IMG/VR virus record: IMGVR_UViG_2737471827_000002
Coordinates: 1-32,272 of that record
Length of the DNA: 32,272 nucleotides
Source: a virus
Lineage: Duplodnaviria > Heunggongvirae > Uroviricota > Caudoviricetes
Direction: 5' to 3' (one strand)
Shown: positions 1 through 8,827 of the stretch, piece after piece
How the letters are laid out: each line of letters begins with the position of its first letter
Numbering within the stretch: position 1 is the first letter of the stretch
Translations under genes and position numbers: made by a program
Notes under the pieces: generated by a model
The model's input: only the letters and a program-made list of their open reading frames with translations
Told to the model about the DNA's origin: nothing
Database searches by the model: none

Positions 1-424
1 CACGATGAAAATCAGGCAGCTCAATCCCCGCCAGATGGTACGCATCCCGGAACAGCGTGTAACAGTCCGTCACCCCGTGCTCAAAGCGCCGCCCGGTGAG
101 ATGCGGCACACAGCGGAACTTATGAATCGCCCCCCGGCAGACCAGCAACCACGGCAAATCACTCTGCACCTGCAGCCGCCGGTCAGCCTCACTCAGCCAG
201 GGCAGACCACCGGGGTGGCTGTGGACCAGCGCCACAATCTCACCCTGCATTTCTGCCTGCAGCCAGTCCTCCGGAGCCATCCGGAAATAATCCTCCGGCT
301 CACCGGAAATATTCACGCAGGGAAAATATCTTTCCCCCTCCGGCGTTCTCACCACGAAGCCGCACGACTCCGCTGGCGCACATCGCCGGGCGTGCGCCAG
401 AATCGCTGATTCTGTCTCTGTCAT
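1..424 (-). CDS. K: Tail assembly protein K, N-terminal part (runs off window start)
   Basis: Manual minus-strand translation from ATG at 424-422 gives MTETESAILAHARRCAPAESCGFVV...LVHSHPGG, matching lambda K N-terminus. Not in ORF track because no stop lies in window. Confidence 0.8.
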   Translation of the reverse strand, partial: MTETESAILAHARRCAPAESCGFVVRTPEGERYFPCVNISGEPEDYFRMAPEDWLQAEMQGEIVALVHSHPGGLPWLSEADRRLQVQSDLPWLLVCRGAIHKFRCVPHLTGRRFEHGVTDCYTLFRDAYHLAGIELPDFHR

Positions 425-428
425 GGGA

Positions 429-1127
429 TTACTGCGAAAGTTTGTTAATGGAAAGGTAGCCGCCAAAGTTACCGATGTTATTGCGAAACTTACAGCCGCT
501 CAGGCATTTGCTGCATTTATCTTTCGTGATATCGGACGTTGGCTGGTCATATTCATCCGCGACCGCCGGACCGTGATAACCGCACTCATCACCGCGATAG
601 GTCCAGGTGCAGGTGTTGGCCAGCATGATGCGCCCCGGAAAAACGGCGCCATCCGTTTCCGTCGGTGTGGCCAGCACAAAGGAGGCACTCACCGCGCTCA
701 GTTCGCTGCACTGCTCGATGCGCCAGCGGCTGACCACCTCCTGCTCCGGGTCGGCGTCACTGTTTCCGTTGAAGAAGTTCACCGCATCCAGAAAACGGGC
801 GTAAACCTTACGTCGGACCACCGTTCCGCCAACCAGACTCTGCCAATCCTCCACCATCCCGGTGACCAGACCATACAGATTGGACACGCTCAGCACTGGT
901 CTGGCGCTGGCCCCTTTGCCATTCAGTTCAAAACCGCTCCCCTGAATGGGGTATGCCTGATACTGCCGCCCCTGCCAGGTGACCGGTTCACCTTTTTCGT
1001 TCTGCTCATTACAGAAAAAATAACGTTCACCACCGACCTCTGTCAGGTCGATTTCCCAGAGCACCACGCTGGCCGACTGCTCCGCACGGGTGCATTCATT
1101 CAGTGTTTCCTGCCGGATATCCTGCAT
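429..1127 (-). CDS. L: Tail tip assembly protein L
   Basis: 232 aa, same length as lambda L; MQDIRQETLNECTRAEQSASVVLWEIDL... near-identical to lambda L as recalled. Confidence 0.9.
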   Translation of the reverse strand: MQDIRQETLNECTRAEQSASVVLWEIDLTEVGGERYFFCNEQNEKGEPVTWQGRQYQAYPIQGSGFELNGKGASARPVLSVSNLYGLVTGMVEDWQSLVGGTVVRRKVYARFLDAVNFFNGNSDADPEQEVVSRWRIEQCSELSAVSASFVLATPTETDGAVFPGRIMLANTCTWTYRGDECGYHGPAVADEYDQPTSDITKDKCSKCLSGCKFRNNIGNFGGYLSINKLSQ

Positions 1128-1456
1128 CAGTTCACCACCTGTTTAAACTCTGCGCTGAACTCAACACGCAACATACTGACCCGCGACGTCCATTTTGCGC
1201 AGGTCACCTTTATCTGCCTGTAACCATAAGGCGGCGTCCACAGAAAGGCTTTCCAGCCTCCGTGCTCTGCCAGAAACGACTCCAGCGCCGTGGCCTCCTT
1301 ACGAGGAACAGAAAGCGTCACGCTGTACGTTTTCAGGTCGGCATTCAGTCCGGCAGGCGCTCGCTGGGAATAGCCATCACCAAAGCGCACTTCCCTGACG
1401 GAAGGGGCCGAAGCCACATCCATGCCGGGTTTCACTTTCCAGCGAAAGGTTTTCAT
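1127..1456 (-). CDS. M: Minor tail protein M
   Basis: 109 aa; MKTFRWKVKPGMDVAS... matches lambda M; start overlaps L stop as in lambda. Confidence 0.9.
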   Translation of the reverse strand: MKTFRWKVKPGMDVASAPSVREVRFGDGYSQRAPAGLNADLKTYSVTLSVPRKEATALESFLAEHGGWKAFLWTPPYGYRQIKVTCAKWTSRVSMLRVEFSAEFKQVVN

Positions 1457-4014
1457 CGTCCACCTCCGGAGAACTGACCACCATCACGCATCTGTGCCTG
1501 AATTTCATCACGGGCACCCTTGCGGGCCATGTCATACACCGCCTTCAGCATTTGTGGACCTGGCAGACCATTCGTACCGTCGTTCTGAATCACCACGTTG
1601 TTGTTCTGCTCAAATCTGATACCCTCTGAACGCCGCATTTGCGCCGGACTTCCGGTGCCACCGACATAACCGCCGGTGGCATAGCCGCGCATCAGCCGGT
1701 AAAGATTTCCCACACCAATCCGGCTGGTTGCCTCCTTCGTGAAGACAAATTCACCACGGTGAACAATCCCCGCTGGCTCATATTTGCCGCCGGTTCCTGT
1801 GAATCCTCCGGTTGCAAAATGGAATTTCGCCGCAGCGGCCTGAATGGCTGTACCGCCTGACGCGGATGCGCCACCACCAACAGCCCCGCCAATGGCGCTG
1901 CCGATACTCCCGACAATCCCCACCATTGCCTGCTTAAGCAGAATTTCTGTCATCATGGACAGCACGGAACGGGTGAAGCTGCGCCAGTTCTGCTCACTGC
2001 CGGTCAGCATCGCCGCCATATTCTGTGCAATACCATCAAAGGTCTGCGTGGCTGCACTTTTTACCTGCGACATACTGTCCGTGGCGCTCTCTTTCCACTC
2101 GCTCCAGCCGGACCTGAGGCCTGCCATCCAGCTCCCGCGAAGCTGGTCTTCAGCCGCCCAGGTCTTTTTCTGCTCTGACATGACGTTATTCAGCGCCAGA
2201 GGATTATCGCCATACTGTTCCTTCAGGCGCTGTTCCGTGGCTTCCCGTTCTGCCTGCCGGTCAGTCAGCCCCCGGCTTTTCGCATCAATGGCGGCCCGTT
2301 TTGCCCGTTGCTGCTGTGCGAATTTATCCGCCTGCTGCGCCAGCGCGTTCAGGTGCTCCTGATACGTAACCTTGTCGCCAAGTGCAGCCAGCTGGCGTTT
2401 GTACTCCAGCGTCTCATCTTTATGCGCCAGCAGGGATTTCTCCTGTGCAGACAGCTGGCGACGTTGCGCCGCCTCCTCCAGTACCGCGAACTGACTTTCT
2501 GCCTTCCACAAATCCCGGCGCTGCTGGCTGATTTTCTCATTCGCTCCGGCATGCTTCTCCAGCGTCCGGAGTTCTGCCTGAAGCGTCAGCAGGGCAGCAT
2601 GAGCACTGTCTTCCTGACGATCGCCCGCAGACACCTTCACGCCGGACTGTTTCGGCTTTTTCAGCGTCGCTTCATAATCCTTTTTCGCCGCCGCCATCAG
2701 CGTGTTGTAATCCGCCTGCAGGATTTTCCCGTCTTTCAGTGCCTTGTTCAGTTCTTCCTGACGGGCGGTATATTTCTCCAGCGGCGTCTGCAGCCGTTCG
2801 TAAGCCTTCTGCGCCTCTTCGGTATATTTCAGCCGTGACGCTTCGGTATCGCTCTGCTGCTGCGCATTTTTGTCCTGTTGAGTCTGCTGCTCAGCCTTCT
2901 TTCGTGCGGCTTCAAGCGCAAGACGGGCCTTTTCACGATCATCCCAGTAACGCGCCCGCGCTTCATCGTTAACAAAATAATCATCCTTGCGCAGATTCCA
3001 GATGTCGTCTGCTTTCTTAAACGCAGCCTCTGCCTTAATCAGCATCTCCTGCGCGGTATCAGGACGACCAATATCCAGCACCGCATCCCACATGGATTTG
3101 AAGGCCCGCGCAGTCCTGTCTGCCCAGGTCTCCAGCGTGCCCATGTTCTCTTTCAGGCGGCGGGTCTGGTCATCAAACCCTTTCGTTGCGGCCTCGTTCG
3201 CCGCCTGCAATGCCCCGGCTTCATCGCCGGAACGCTGCAACTGAGCAACATACGCAATCTGCTCCGCCGTCACGTTATGGAACTGGCGTGCCATCGCCGT
3301 CAGCCCCGACGTCGGGTCTGTGGTCAGCTTCCCGAAGGCTTCAGCGACCTTGTCCACCTCCACGCCGGATGCAGAGGAGAAACGCGCCACACTCTGGCTG
3401 ATGGACGCAATCTGAGCCTCACCGCTTACCCCCGCCTTAACCAGTGCGCTGAGTGATTCGCTGGTCTGGTTAAACGTCAGCCCTGCCGCCTGCCCGGCTC
3501 TGGACAGGACCAGCATACGATCTGCCGTCAGTCCCGCCTGATGACCGGAAAGGACCAGCGTTTTGTTGAAATCGGACAGGGTTGAGTTGCCCTGATACCA
3601 GGCATACGCCAGCGCACCGGTCGCCACCGCCAGCGAGGTGGCCCCCACCATCGGCAGGGTGATCGCACCGGCAAGCCCCCTGAACATGGGGATCATCCCG
3701 CCGAAGGAGTCCTTCACCTGCCCCCCCTGTTGCAGCAGGATCAGCCACGGACTTTGCCCGCCTGCAAGCTGCGTGGCCACGTCGGTGAACTGTGCAGGCA
3801 GCATACGCATGGCGGCTTTATACTGCCCGACGGAAATCCCCGCTTTCTGTGCAGCCAGCGCCTGTCGGCTCAGCGACTGTTCAACGACTGCCGCTGTTTT
3901 TTTCGCATCACTTTCCGTACCGGAAAAATGACGCCTGACTCTGGCCATCTGCTCGTCAAATCTGGCCGCATCCAGACTCAAATCAACGACCAGATCGCCT
4001 ACCGGTTCAGCCAT
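1453..4014 (-). CDS. H: Tail tape measure protein H
   Basis: 853 aa, same length as lambda H; Ala/Gly-rich and coiled-coil-like sequence; located between T and M. Confidence 0.92.
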   Translation of the reverse strand: MAEPVGDLVVDLSLDAARFDEQMARVRRHFSGTESDAKKTAAVVEQSLSRQALAAQKAGISVGQYKAAMRMLPAQFTDVATQLAGGQSPWLILLQQGGQVKDSFGGMIPMFRGLAGAITLPMVGATSLAVATGALAYAWYQGNSTLSDFNKTLVLSGHQAGLTADRMLVLSRAGQAAGLTFNQTSESLSALVKAGVSGEAQIASISQSVARFSSASGVEVDKVAEAFGKLTTDPTSGLTAMARQFHNVTAEQIAYVAQLQRSGDEAGALQAANEAATKGFDDQTRRLKENMGTLETWADRTARAFKSMWDAVLDIGRPDTAQEMLIKAEAAFKKADDIWNLRKDDYFVNDEARARYWDDREKARLALEAARKKAEQQTQQDKNAQQQSDTEASRLKYTEEAQKAYERLQTPLEKYTARQEELNKALKDGKILQADYNTLMAAAKKDYEATLKKPKQSGVKVSAGDRQEDSAHAALLTLQAELRTLEKHAGANEKISQQRRDLWKAESQFAVLEEAAQRRQLSAQEKSLLAHKDETLEYKRQLAALGDKVTYQEHLNALAQQADKFAQQQRAKRAAIDAKSRGLTDRQAEREATEQRLKEQYGDNPLALNNVMSEQKKTWAAEDQLRGSWMAGLRSGWSEWKESATDSMSQVKSAATQTFDGIAQNMAAMLTGSEQNWRSFTRSVLSMMTEILLKQAMVGIVGSIGSAIGGAVGGGASASGGTAIQAAAAKFHFATGGFTGTGGKYEPAGIVHRGEFVFTKEATSRIGVGNLYRLMRGYATGGYVGGTGSPAQMRRSEGIRFEQNNNVVIQNDGTNGLPGPQMLKAVYDMARKGARDEIQAQMRDGGQFSGGGR

Positions 4015-4441
4015 ACCGGACTCCTCCTGCGATCCCTTCTGATACTGTCATCAGCATTACGTCATCCTCCGTCATGTCCGCCACATCCGGGGAAGCGGGG
4101 ATAACTTCATTCCCGTCCGGGCCAAAGCGGACGCCTCCGGCAAGCCCTGCCGCTTTCTGCATCAGCACATCATCTTCAGGCTCTTCGTCAGCCTCGCGCC
4201 GGTTCAGCAGACTGAAATCCAGCGGATGCATATCCGGATCGCTGAAAAACAGGCTGAGCACGGTGTACGTCAGCCCGGAAAAGTGCATATCCAGCAGAAC
4301 ATCATGAAAATAATGGGTACTGTAAAAGCGGTGCCAGTCGGCATACTCCGTGGATGACATCCCGGCAAGCATGGCACGCCAGTCGGGTCGCCCCATCTCA
4401 CGCGCCAGTTTCAGGGCAAAACTCAGCTCACCGTCGAACAC
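4007..4441 (-). CDS. T: Tail assembly chaperone T frame (expressed as G-T fusion by -1 frameshift)
   Basis: 144-aa ORF overlapping the 3' end of G in the -1 frame; slippery GGGAAAG at the G/T overlap; position between G and H. Confidence 0.8.
   Translation of the reverse strand: MFDGELSFALKLAREMGRPDWRAMLAGMSSTEYADWHRFYSTHYFHDVLLDMHFSGLTYTVLSLFFSDPDMHPLDFSLLNRREADEEPEDDVLMQKAAGLAGGVRFGPDGNEVIPASPDVADMTEDDVMLMTVSEGIAGGVRYG
4423..4429 (-). other. Programmed -1 ribosomal frameshift slippery site GGGAAAG (G to G-T)
   Basis: Plus-strand CTTTCCC at 4423-4429 is GGGAAAG on the coding strand, exactly where G and T frames overlap, as in lambda. Confidence 0.75.
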
Positions 4442-4845
4442 TTTCCCGCAGAAACAGGCTCTGCGGGCCCGGCGTCCTCTGTCTGTTCAGGGGCATTATT
4501 CACCACAAACTCATACATACCAGACAGCCGGTACACCACGTTTTCAGCATGAGAAATTGCCTCCGTGGGCCAGGTGGTAAGCACTTCCTGCTCAATCTGT
4601 TTAACGGCTTCATTCATGGACGGCATCTGCGTCTTCTGCGGATGGTTATGCCACAGGGACATCGCCACCACAAAAGCACCGGTTCTGATGGCGTCTTCCA
4701 CAGTAAACTTCCGGTTGCTGTCTGACTCCGCCTGTTCTGCCTGCCGTTTCATCAGGGCGAGATGCTCAATACGCTGCAGGGCTGACAGTTCAGAAAGCGT
4801 GACGGTCACACCGTTATGTTCAAATGATTCGGTTTTCAGGAACAT
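4423..4845 (-). CDS. G: Tail assembly chaperone G
   Basis: 140 aa, same as lambda G; immediately downstream of V; ends at the slippery heptamer. Confidence 0.85.
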   Translation of the reverse strand: MFLKTESFEHNGVTVTLSELSALQRIEHLALMKRQAEQAESDSNRKFTVEDAIRTGAFVVAMSLWHNHPQKTQMPSMNEAVKQIEQEVLTTWPTEAISHAENVVYRLSGMYEFVVNNAPEQTEDAGPAEPVSAGKCSTVS

Positions 4846-4860
4846 CGCTGACTCTCCGGA

Positions 4861-5601
4861 TTAACTGGCGGTGACGTTGATTTCTGCAACCGCAGCAAGT
4901 TCACCATTACCGGATACGACCGGAATGTTGACCTTACCTGCAGCGACACCTTTCACGGTGATGGTCATACCACTGACCGACACGGTGGCTTTTGTTTTAT
5001 CCGAAGACACCGCACGGAAGCTCTTGTCGGTTACGCCCTCCGGCTGGAAGGCCACGGTCAGCGTGGTGCTCTGCCCTTTCACTACGGAAGCACTGGCTGG
5101 CGTTACCGTCATGCCGGTGGCCGCTGTTACCGTGCTGCGATCTTCTGCCATCGACGGGCGTCCCACATTGGTGACCTTCACCGTGCGGGTGATCACTTCC
5201 TTCGCCGTCACCGCCTTACCGATACTGCTGACCCAGCCACGGAACACATCGACCGTGCCGTTCGGGAAGCGGATTTTATAGGCACGGGTATCACCTTCAT
5301 TAAACCACGCCAGCAGCGCCTGCTGCCCCTGCTCTCCTGGCATCCACGCCAGCGTGAAGCTGGTATCTCCGGCGGATTTCTGCCCCTGCCCGGTCGCGGT
5401 CCAGTCCGCCTCTTCATCATCGAGATAACTGTCGTCATAGGACTCAGCGGTCAGTTCGCCGGGCGTCAGGTCTTTAACTTTTGCCAGACGCGACCAGTCA
5501 ACGTCTGAAAGCGGGTTCGCATAAGGGTCGCCGCTCCCGTTATAAACCCACAGGGTGGTTCCGGCACCTTTCACCGGTATTGCTGGATTTGGTACAGACA
5601 T
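4861..5601 (-). CDS. V: Major tail tube protein V (with C-terminal Ig-like domain)
   Basis: ORF 4861-5631; probable start at [20 protein letters not shown] (5601), giving 246 aa as in lambda V; Thr/Val-rich C-terminus typical of Ig-like domain. Confidence 0.9.
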   Translation of the reverse strand: MSVPNPAIPVKGAGTTLWVYNGSGDPYANPLSDVDWSRLAKVKDLTPGELTAESYDDSYLDDEEADWTATGQGQKSAGDTSFTLAWMPGEQGQQALLAWFNEGDTRAYKIRFPNGTVDVFRGWVSSIGKAVTAKEVITRTVKVTNVGRPSMAEDRSTVTAATGMTVTPASASVVKGQSTTLTVAFQPEGVTDKSFRAVSSDKTKATVSVSGMTITVKGVAAGKVNIPVVSGNGELAAVAEINVTAS

Positions 5602-5608
5602 ATCGTCC

Positions 5609-6004
5609 TCACATTTCATAGGTAATGACATAAGTCAGATCGGCTGAACTCCACATCCCCGCATCATCATCGCGCCGGTAGTCATAGCCGCTGGCCACCA
5701 TACTGGTGATCAAATCTGACAGTGCCGGGATATCGCTCATCACCGGATAAATCCGGGACTCCATCCACGCATCCAGCTCTGAATCCGGCACCTGAGCAGG
5801 CAGGAAAACTTCGATATGCAGCTCCGCCTGCCAGGTATCGCTGTCCAGCTCTTCGCCCGTGTATTCAGCGCCGGTGAGATAAACGGCAATTGCCGGAAAA
5901 TCCGCCTCATCAAAAACAGCGGGGCGACCATCAAAAAGCGTCGCCCCGGTATCATGTTTCTCCAGTGCATCCAGTACGGCTGCACGGAGTTCAGTATGTT
6001 TCAT
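5609..6004 (-). CDS. U: Tail terminator protein U
   Basis: 131 aa, same as lambda U; between Z and V. Confidence 0.85.
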   Translation of the reverse strand: MKHTELRAAVLDALEKHDTGATLFDGRPAVFDEADFPAIAVYLTGAEYTGEELDSDTWQAELHIEVFLPAQVPDSELDAWMESRIYPVMSDIPALSDLITSMVASGYDYRRDDDAGMWSSADLTYVITYEM

Positions 6005-6576
6005 CGCTTTATCACAATCCTCAGTTGTTGTTTCAGCGCATAGCTCAGTTCTTTAGGCAGACGTTCGCGCCGGATACGGTTAACGTTCTCATCAAAAGCC
6101 TGTTTCAGTGGGGCTGCCATCGGAATTTTCACCACCTGAATGGGAAGACGATTACGCTTTTTCCTTCCCTTATCGTCATTGCCCTTCGCATACCGGGCTT
6201 CTGGCAGACGTTGCATAACATGCCAGCGCCCATTATTCAGTCGCTGGATGAATGCCCGCTGATAACGATGCTGACCAGCTTTAAGTATGCTGTTCGGACG
6301 ACGGCCCAGCATCCTGATCCCCAGCTTAATCACAGGGAGATCACCTCGGTTAACGATAATTTTGGCATTCGGATTTCTGACCGTCGCCCGTTTCAGTCTG
6401 GATCTCTCTTTAACCAGTTTTCTCGGCACCCTGGTTTCACGGGCAACCTGTGATGAAGACTGATTAATTGCCGTTGTAGCCACGCGGTTAATAGCCATTG
6501 CTGAAGCCGCCGGAATGGCGTTTTTACGAACCCGGCTCAGATTTTCAATCGCCTGATCAAGCCCTTTTATCGCCAT
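6001..6576 (-). CDS. Z: Tail completion protein Z
   Basis: 191 aa (lambda Z about 192); synteny between FII and U. Confidence 0.8.
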   Translation of the reverse strand: MAIKGLDQAIENLSRVRKNAIPAASAMAINRVATTAINQSSSQVARETRVPRKLVKERSRLKRATVRNPNAKIIVNRGDLPVIKLGIRMLGRRPNSILKAGQHRYQRAFIQRLNNGRWHVMQRLPEARYAKGNDDKGRKKRNRLPIQVVKIPMAAPLKQAFDENVNRIRRERLPKELSYALKQQLRIVIKR

Positions 6577-6590
6577 AATTCACCCTGCGT

Positions 6591-6944
6591 TCATCGTCGC
6601 CGGTTAACTGCGGGTGGTTGCCCACGGTTGAGCCAGAGATAACAACTGCCCCCGTCATCCGGAGAAACACGATCCACCCAGAACGTCTCACCATTAATGG
6701 TCAGCGTGTCACCACGCCGCACAGCACGAACCGTATCCGTCAGCACAAATAATGACGGGCTGCTTCCTTCAATACGAACCCCGCCACCGGCAAATCCCAG
6801 CGACTCCGGATCGTCAAAAACCCCCTGAACTTCGCCGCCACGCTGTGCCCCCGAGGTGAACTGCGCACAGAGTCCCATCACTTCAACAATCGTGCTGTCC
6901 ACCCCGGCGAGGGCAGCATCGAAGGCATTCTGAAAATCACGCAT
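6591..6944 (-). CDS. FII: Head-tail connector protein FII
   Basis: ORF 6591-6959; likely start at MRDFQNAFDAAL giving 117 aa as in lambda FII; C-terminus ...WVDRVSPDDGGSCYLWL..PPAVNRRR matches lambda FII. Confidence 0.82.
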   Translation of the reverse strand: MRDFQNAFDAALAGVDSTIVEVMGLCAQFTSGAQRGGEVQGVFDDPESLGFAGGGVRIEGSSPSLFVLTDTVRAVRRGDTLTINGETFWVDRVSPDDGGSCYLWLNRGQPPAVNRRR

Positions 6945-7305
6945 AAACGGCCATTCCACTCTTGACCATGTCTTTTGCCACTGAGGGGGGCATCAGAATT
7001 ACTCTGCCAGCATCAACATACTCAACAGGCTCACCTGTTTCATCGTCAACACCGCACAGGTAAAAACACTTCAGAAGCCTGATACGTTCCAGAATACCGA
7101 AAGCATCCTCACCGGTGTTCCTGTATGCCTGCTCATAAACGGTATCATCAACATCTGCGATTTCATTTTCCGATGCGCAAACCTCCTCTTCCCACTCTGC
7201 CACACGCTGTGCGATATCCGCTGCACTCCCCGACATATCCGCCTCGCGCCCCAGCAGGCCAGCCAGTTCACGAAGACGTTTCTGATTTTCTTCTTTTGTT
7301 GCCAT
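6937..7305 (-). CDS. DNA packaging protein FI-like (divergent from lambda FI)
   Basis: 122-aa acidic protein in the FI position between E and FII; sequence not lambda-like, assignment by synteny. Confidence 0.55.
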   Translation of the reverse strand: MATKEENQKRLRELAGLLGREADMSGSAADIAQRVAEWEEEVCASENEIADVDDTVYEQAYRNTGEDAFGILERIRLLKCFYLCGVDDETGEPVEYVDAGRVILMPPSVAKDMVKSGMAVYA

Positions 7306-7357
7306 ATCCAGCCCCCTGTGAAAAAAGACACGGGGGCATTTCGCCCCCGCTCACGGA

Positions 7358-8386
7358 TTATTTCACCTGCACCACCACAAACTCATCCGGGTCCGGCAAC
7401 ACCATCAGCGGTGCGGACTGCGTCATGGTGAATTCACGGGCCGGATCGCCCACGGTCATCCAGTGTTTCGGATAACGGGAAGAAGCCACCACACCTTCGG
7501 ACAACGCCTGTGCATCCTGAATGGCACCATAGCAACGAATACCTTCTGCCGCCGTATTTCCCAGGACCAGCGTGCCCTCCGGCAGATAACGTTTTTCGGT
7601 ACCGTCCTCTGCCACATAAGACGTTTTCGCCACCACAATGGCCAGATCGCCGTAATACCCCTTGAAAGACACCACCGACCCCAGGTCTTTCACTGCCGTT
7701 TCGAGTTGTGAATTTGAGCCGCGACGGGTATCCAGTTTTTCGCGGAACAGCTTAAAGCCATTCAGCAGACGCCAGACGGTACCGTCCATGATGGCAATAT
7801 TCACAAGACCGCTGGCCTGATCACAGAAAAGGTCGATATCATGCGTCGGGTCGAACGTGTCACGGTCCTGTTTTGACCACTCCTTACCGCTACCCTGTAT
7901 GATGTTATTCTTCGTCGATCTGCCAAAATCGACCTCAATTTTCTCGAACTGGTCTCCTTCCATGGTGTATTTACCATACAGCACAGCATTTACCGCCTGC
8001 ATTTCTTCCACCTGGACAATCGCGTGCTCTTCCTGTTTGAGGTTATCGGTAATGATACGCAGACGGCGGTAAGCCGGATCGTTCAGTTGAGCCGGATCTT
8101 CACCAGGAAGGCGCTCAACCGCCTGCTGGTAATTAAATTCGTGTTTCGGCTTGACGTAGCCCGGACGCAACACGCGGGTTTCACCACCACGATGACGCAG
8201 CACTTTTCCTTCAACAACCGGGGAGACATAGGCCGCTACCGGCGTTTTTCCGGTAATTTTGTCCAGCATCACCTCTTCTGTATGGAAATTCACCGTACGG
8301 CGGAAAAACAGCTCCAGAAACAGCGCACGAAATTTCACTTTTTGTTCGGTATAACCGAGTAACTGGCGGGTCGTAAACAATCCCAT
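7358..8386 (-). CDS. E: Major capsid protein E
   Basis: 342 aa; internal stretches (GYVKPKHE, ...DPAREFTM.QSAPLM...DPDEFV) match lambda E. Confidence 0.92.
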   Translation of the reverse strand: MGLFTTRQLLGYTEQKVKFRALFLELFFRRTVNFHTEEVMLDKITGKTPVAAYVSPVVEGKVLRHRGGETRVLRPGYVKPKHEFNYQQAVERLPGEDPAQLNDPAYRRLRIITDNLKQEEHAIVQVEEMQAVNAVLYGKYTMEGDQFEKIEVDFGRSTKNNIIQGSGKEWSKQDRDTFDPTHDIDLFCDQASGLVNIAIMDGTVWRLLNGFKLFREKLDTRRGSNSQLETAVKDLGSVVSFKGYYGDLAIVVAKTSYVAEDGTEKRYLPEGTLVLGNTAAEGIRCYGAIQDAQALSEGVVASSRYPKHWMTVGDPAREFTMTQSAPLMVLPDPDEFVVVQVK

Positions 8387-8443
8387 AAATCAGTTCCTTT
8401 CATTCAGAAATCAGTCAGGCCACCGCGGTGGCCTGATAACGTG

Positions 8444-8791
8444 TTACGGCAGCGCCGCGTGACTCAGGGCACTGCCGGCAAAGGCGTTGGCCTTTTTGTG
8501 TTCATCCACACTTTCAGGCCAGCGGATTGCCTCCGTCGCAAAGGTCCCCGACTTGTAATACGTCAGCGCCGTCTCTGTGCCTTCAAGCGGCAGTACCAGT
8601 ATGCCAACCGCACTACCGGCTTTCTGTCCGTCCCAGACCACCAGTTTCCCGGTGGCCTCATCCAGCATCAGGGGTGTCAGTGCCGGTGTTGCCGAGGAAA
8701 TCCCGCTGCTGCCTGTGGCGGTATGAGCCGGATCATTACCGGCAAAAATACGTACTTCCGCACGCTGTTCAGTGATTGTTTTCGTTACCAT
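8444..8791 (-). CDS. D: Capsid decoration protein D
   Basis: 115 aa; ...DPAHTAT...TPLMLD...YKSGTF... resembles lambda D; directly upstream of E. Confidence 0.85.
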   Translation of the reverse strand: MVTKTITEQRAEVRIFAGNDPAHTATGSSGISSATPALTPLMLDEATGKLVVWDGQKAGSAVGILVLPLEGTETALTYYKSGTFATEAIRWPESVDEHKKANAFAGSALSHAALP

Positions 8792-8827
8792 ATTGTAAAA
8801 ACCTCCTGTTGATAGTCAGCACTGACT

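Noticed and set aside
423-1223. 266-aa plus-strand ORF
   Set aside because: Lies antisense to tail gene L, whose protein matches lambda L; treated as a shadow ORF.
1844-3456. Several plus-strand ORFs (172, 176, 192 aa) inside the tape measure gene
   Set aside because: Antisense to H; low-complexity translations typical of shadow frames in a GC-rich gene.
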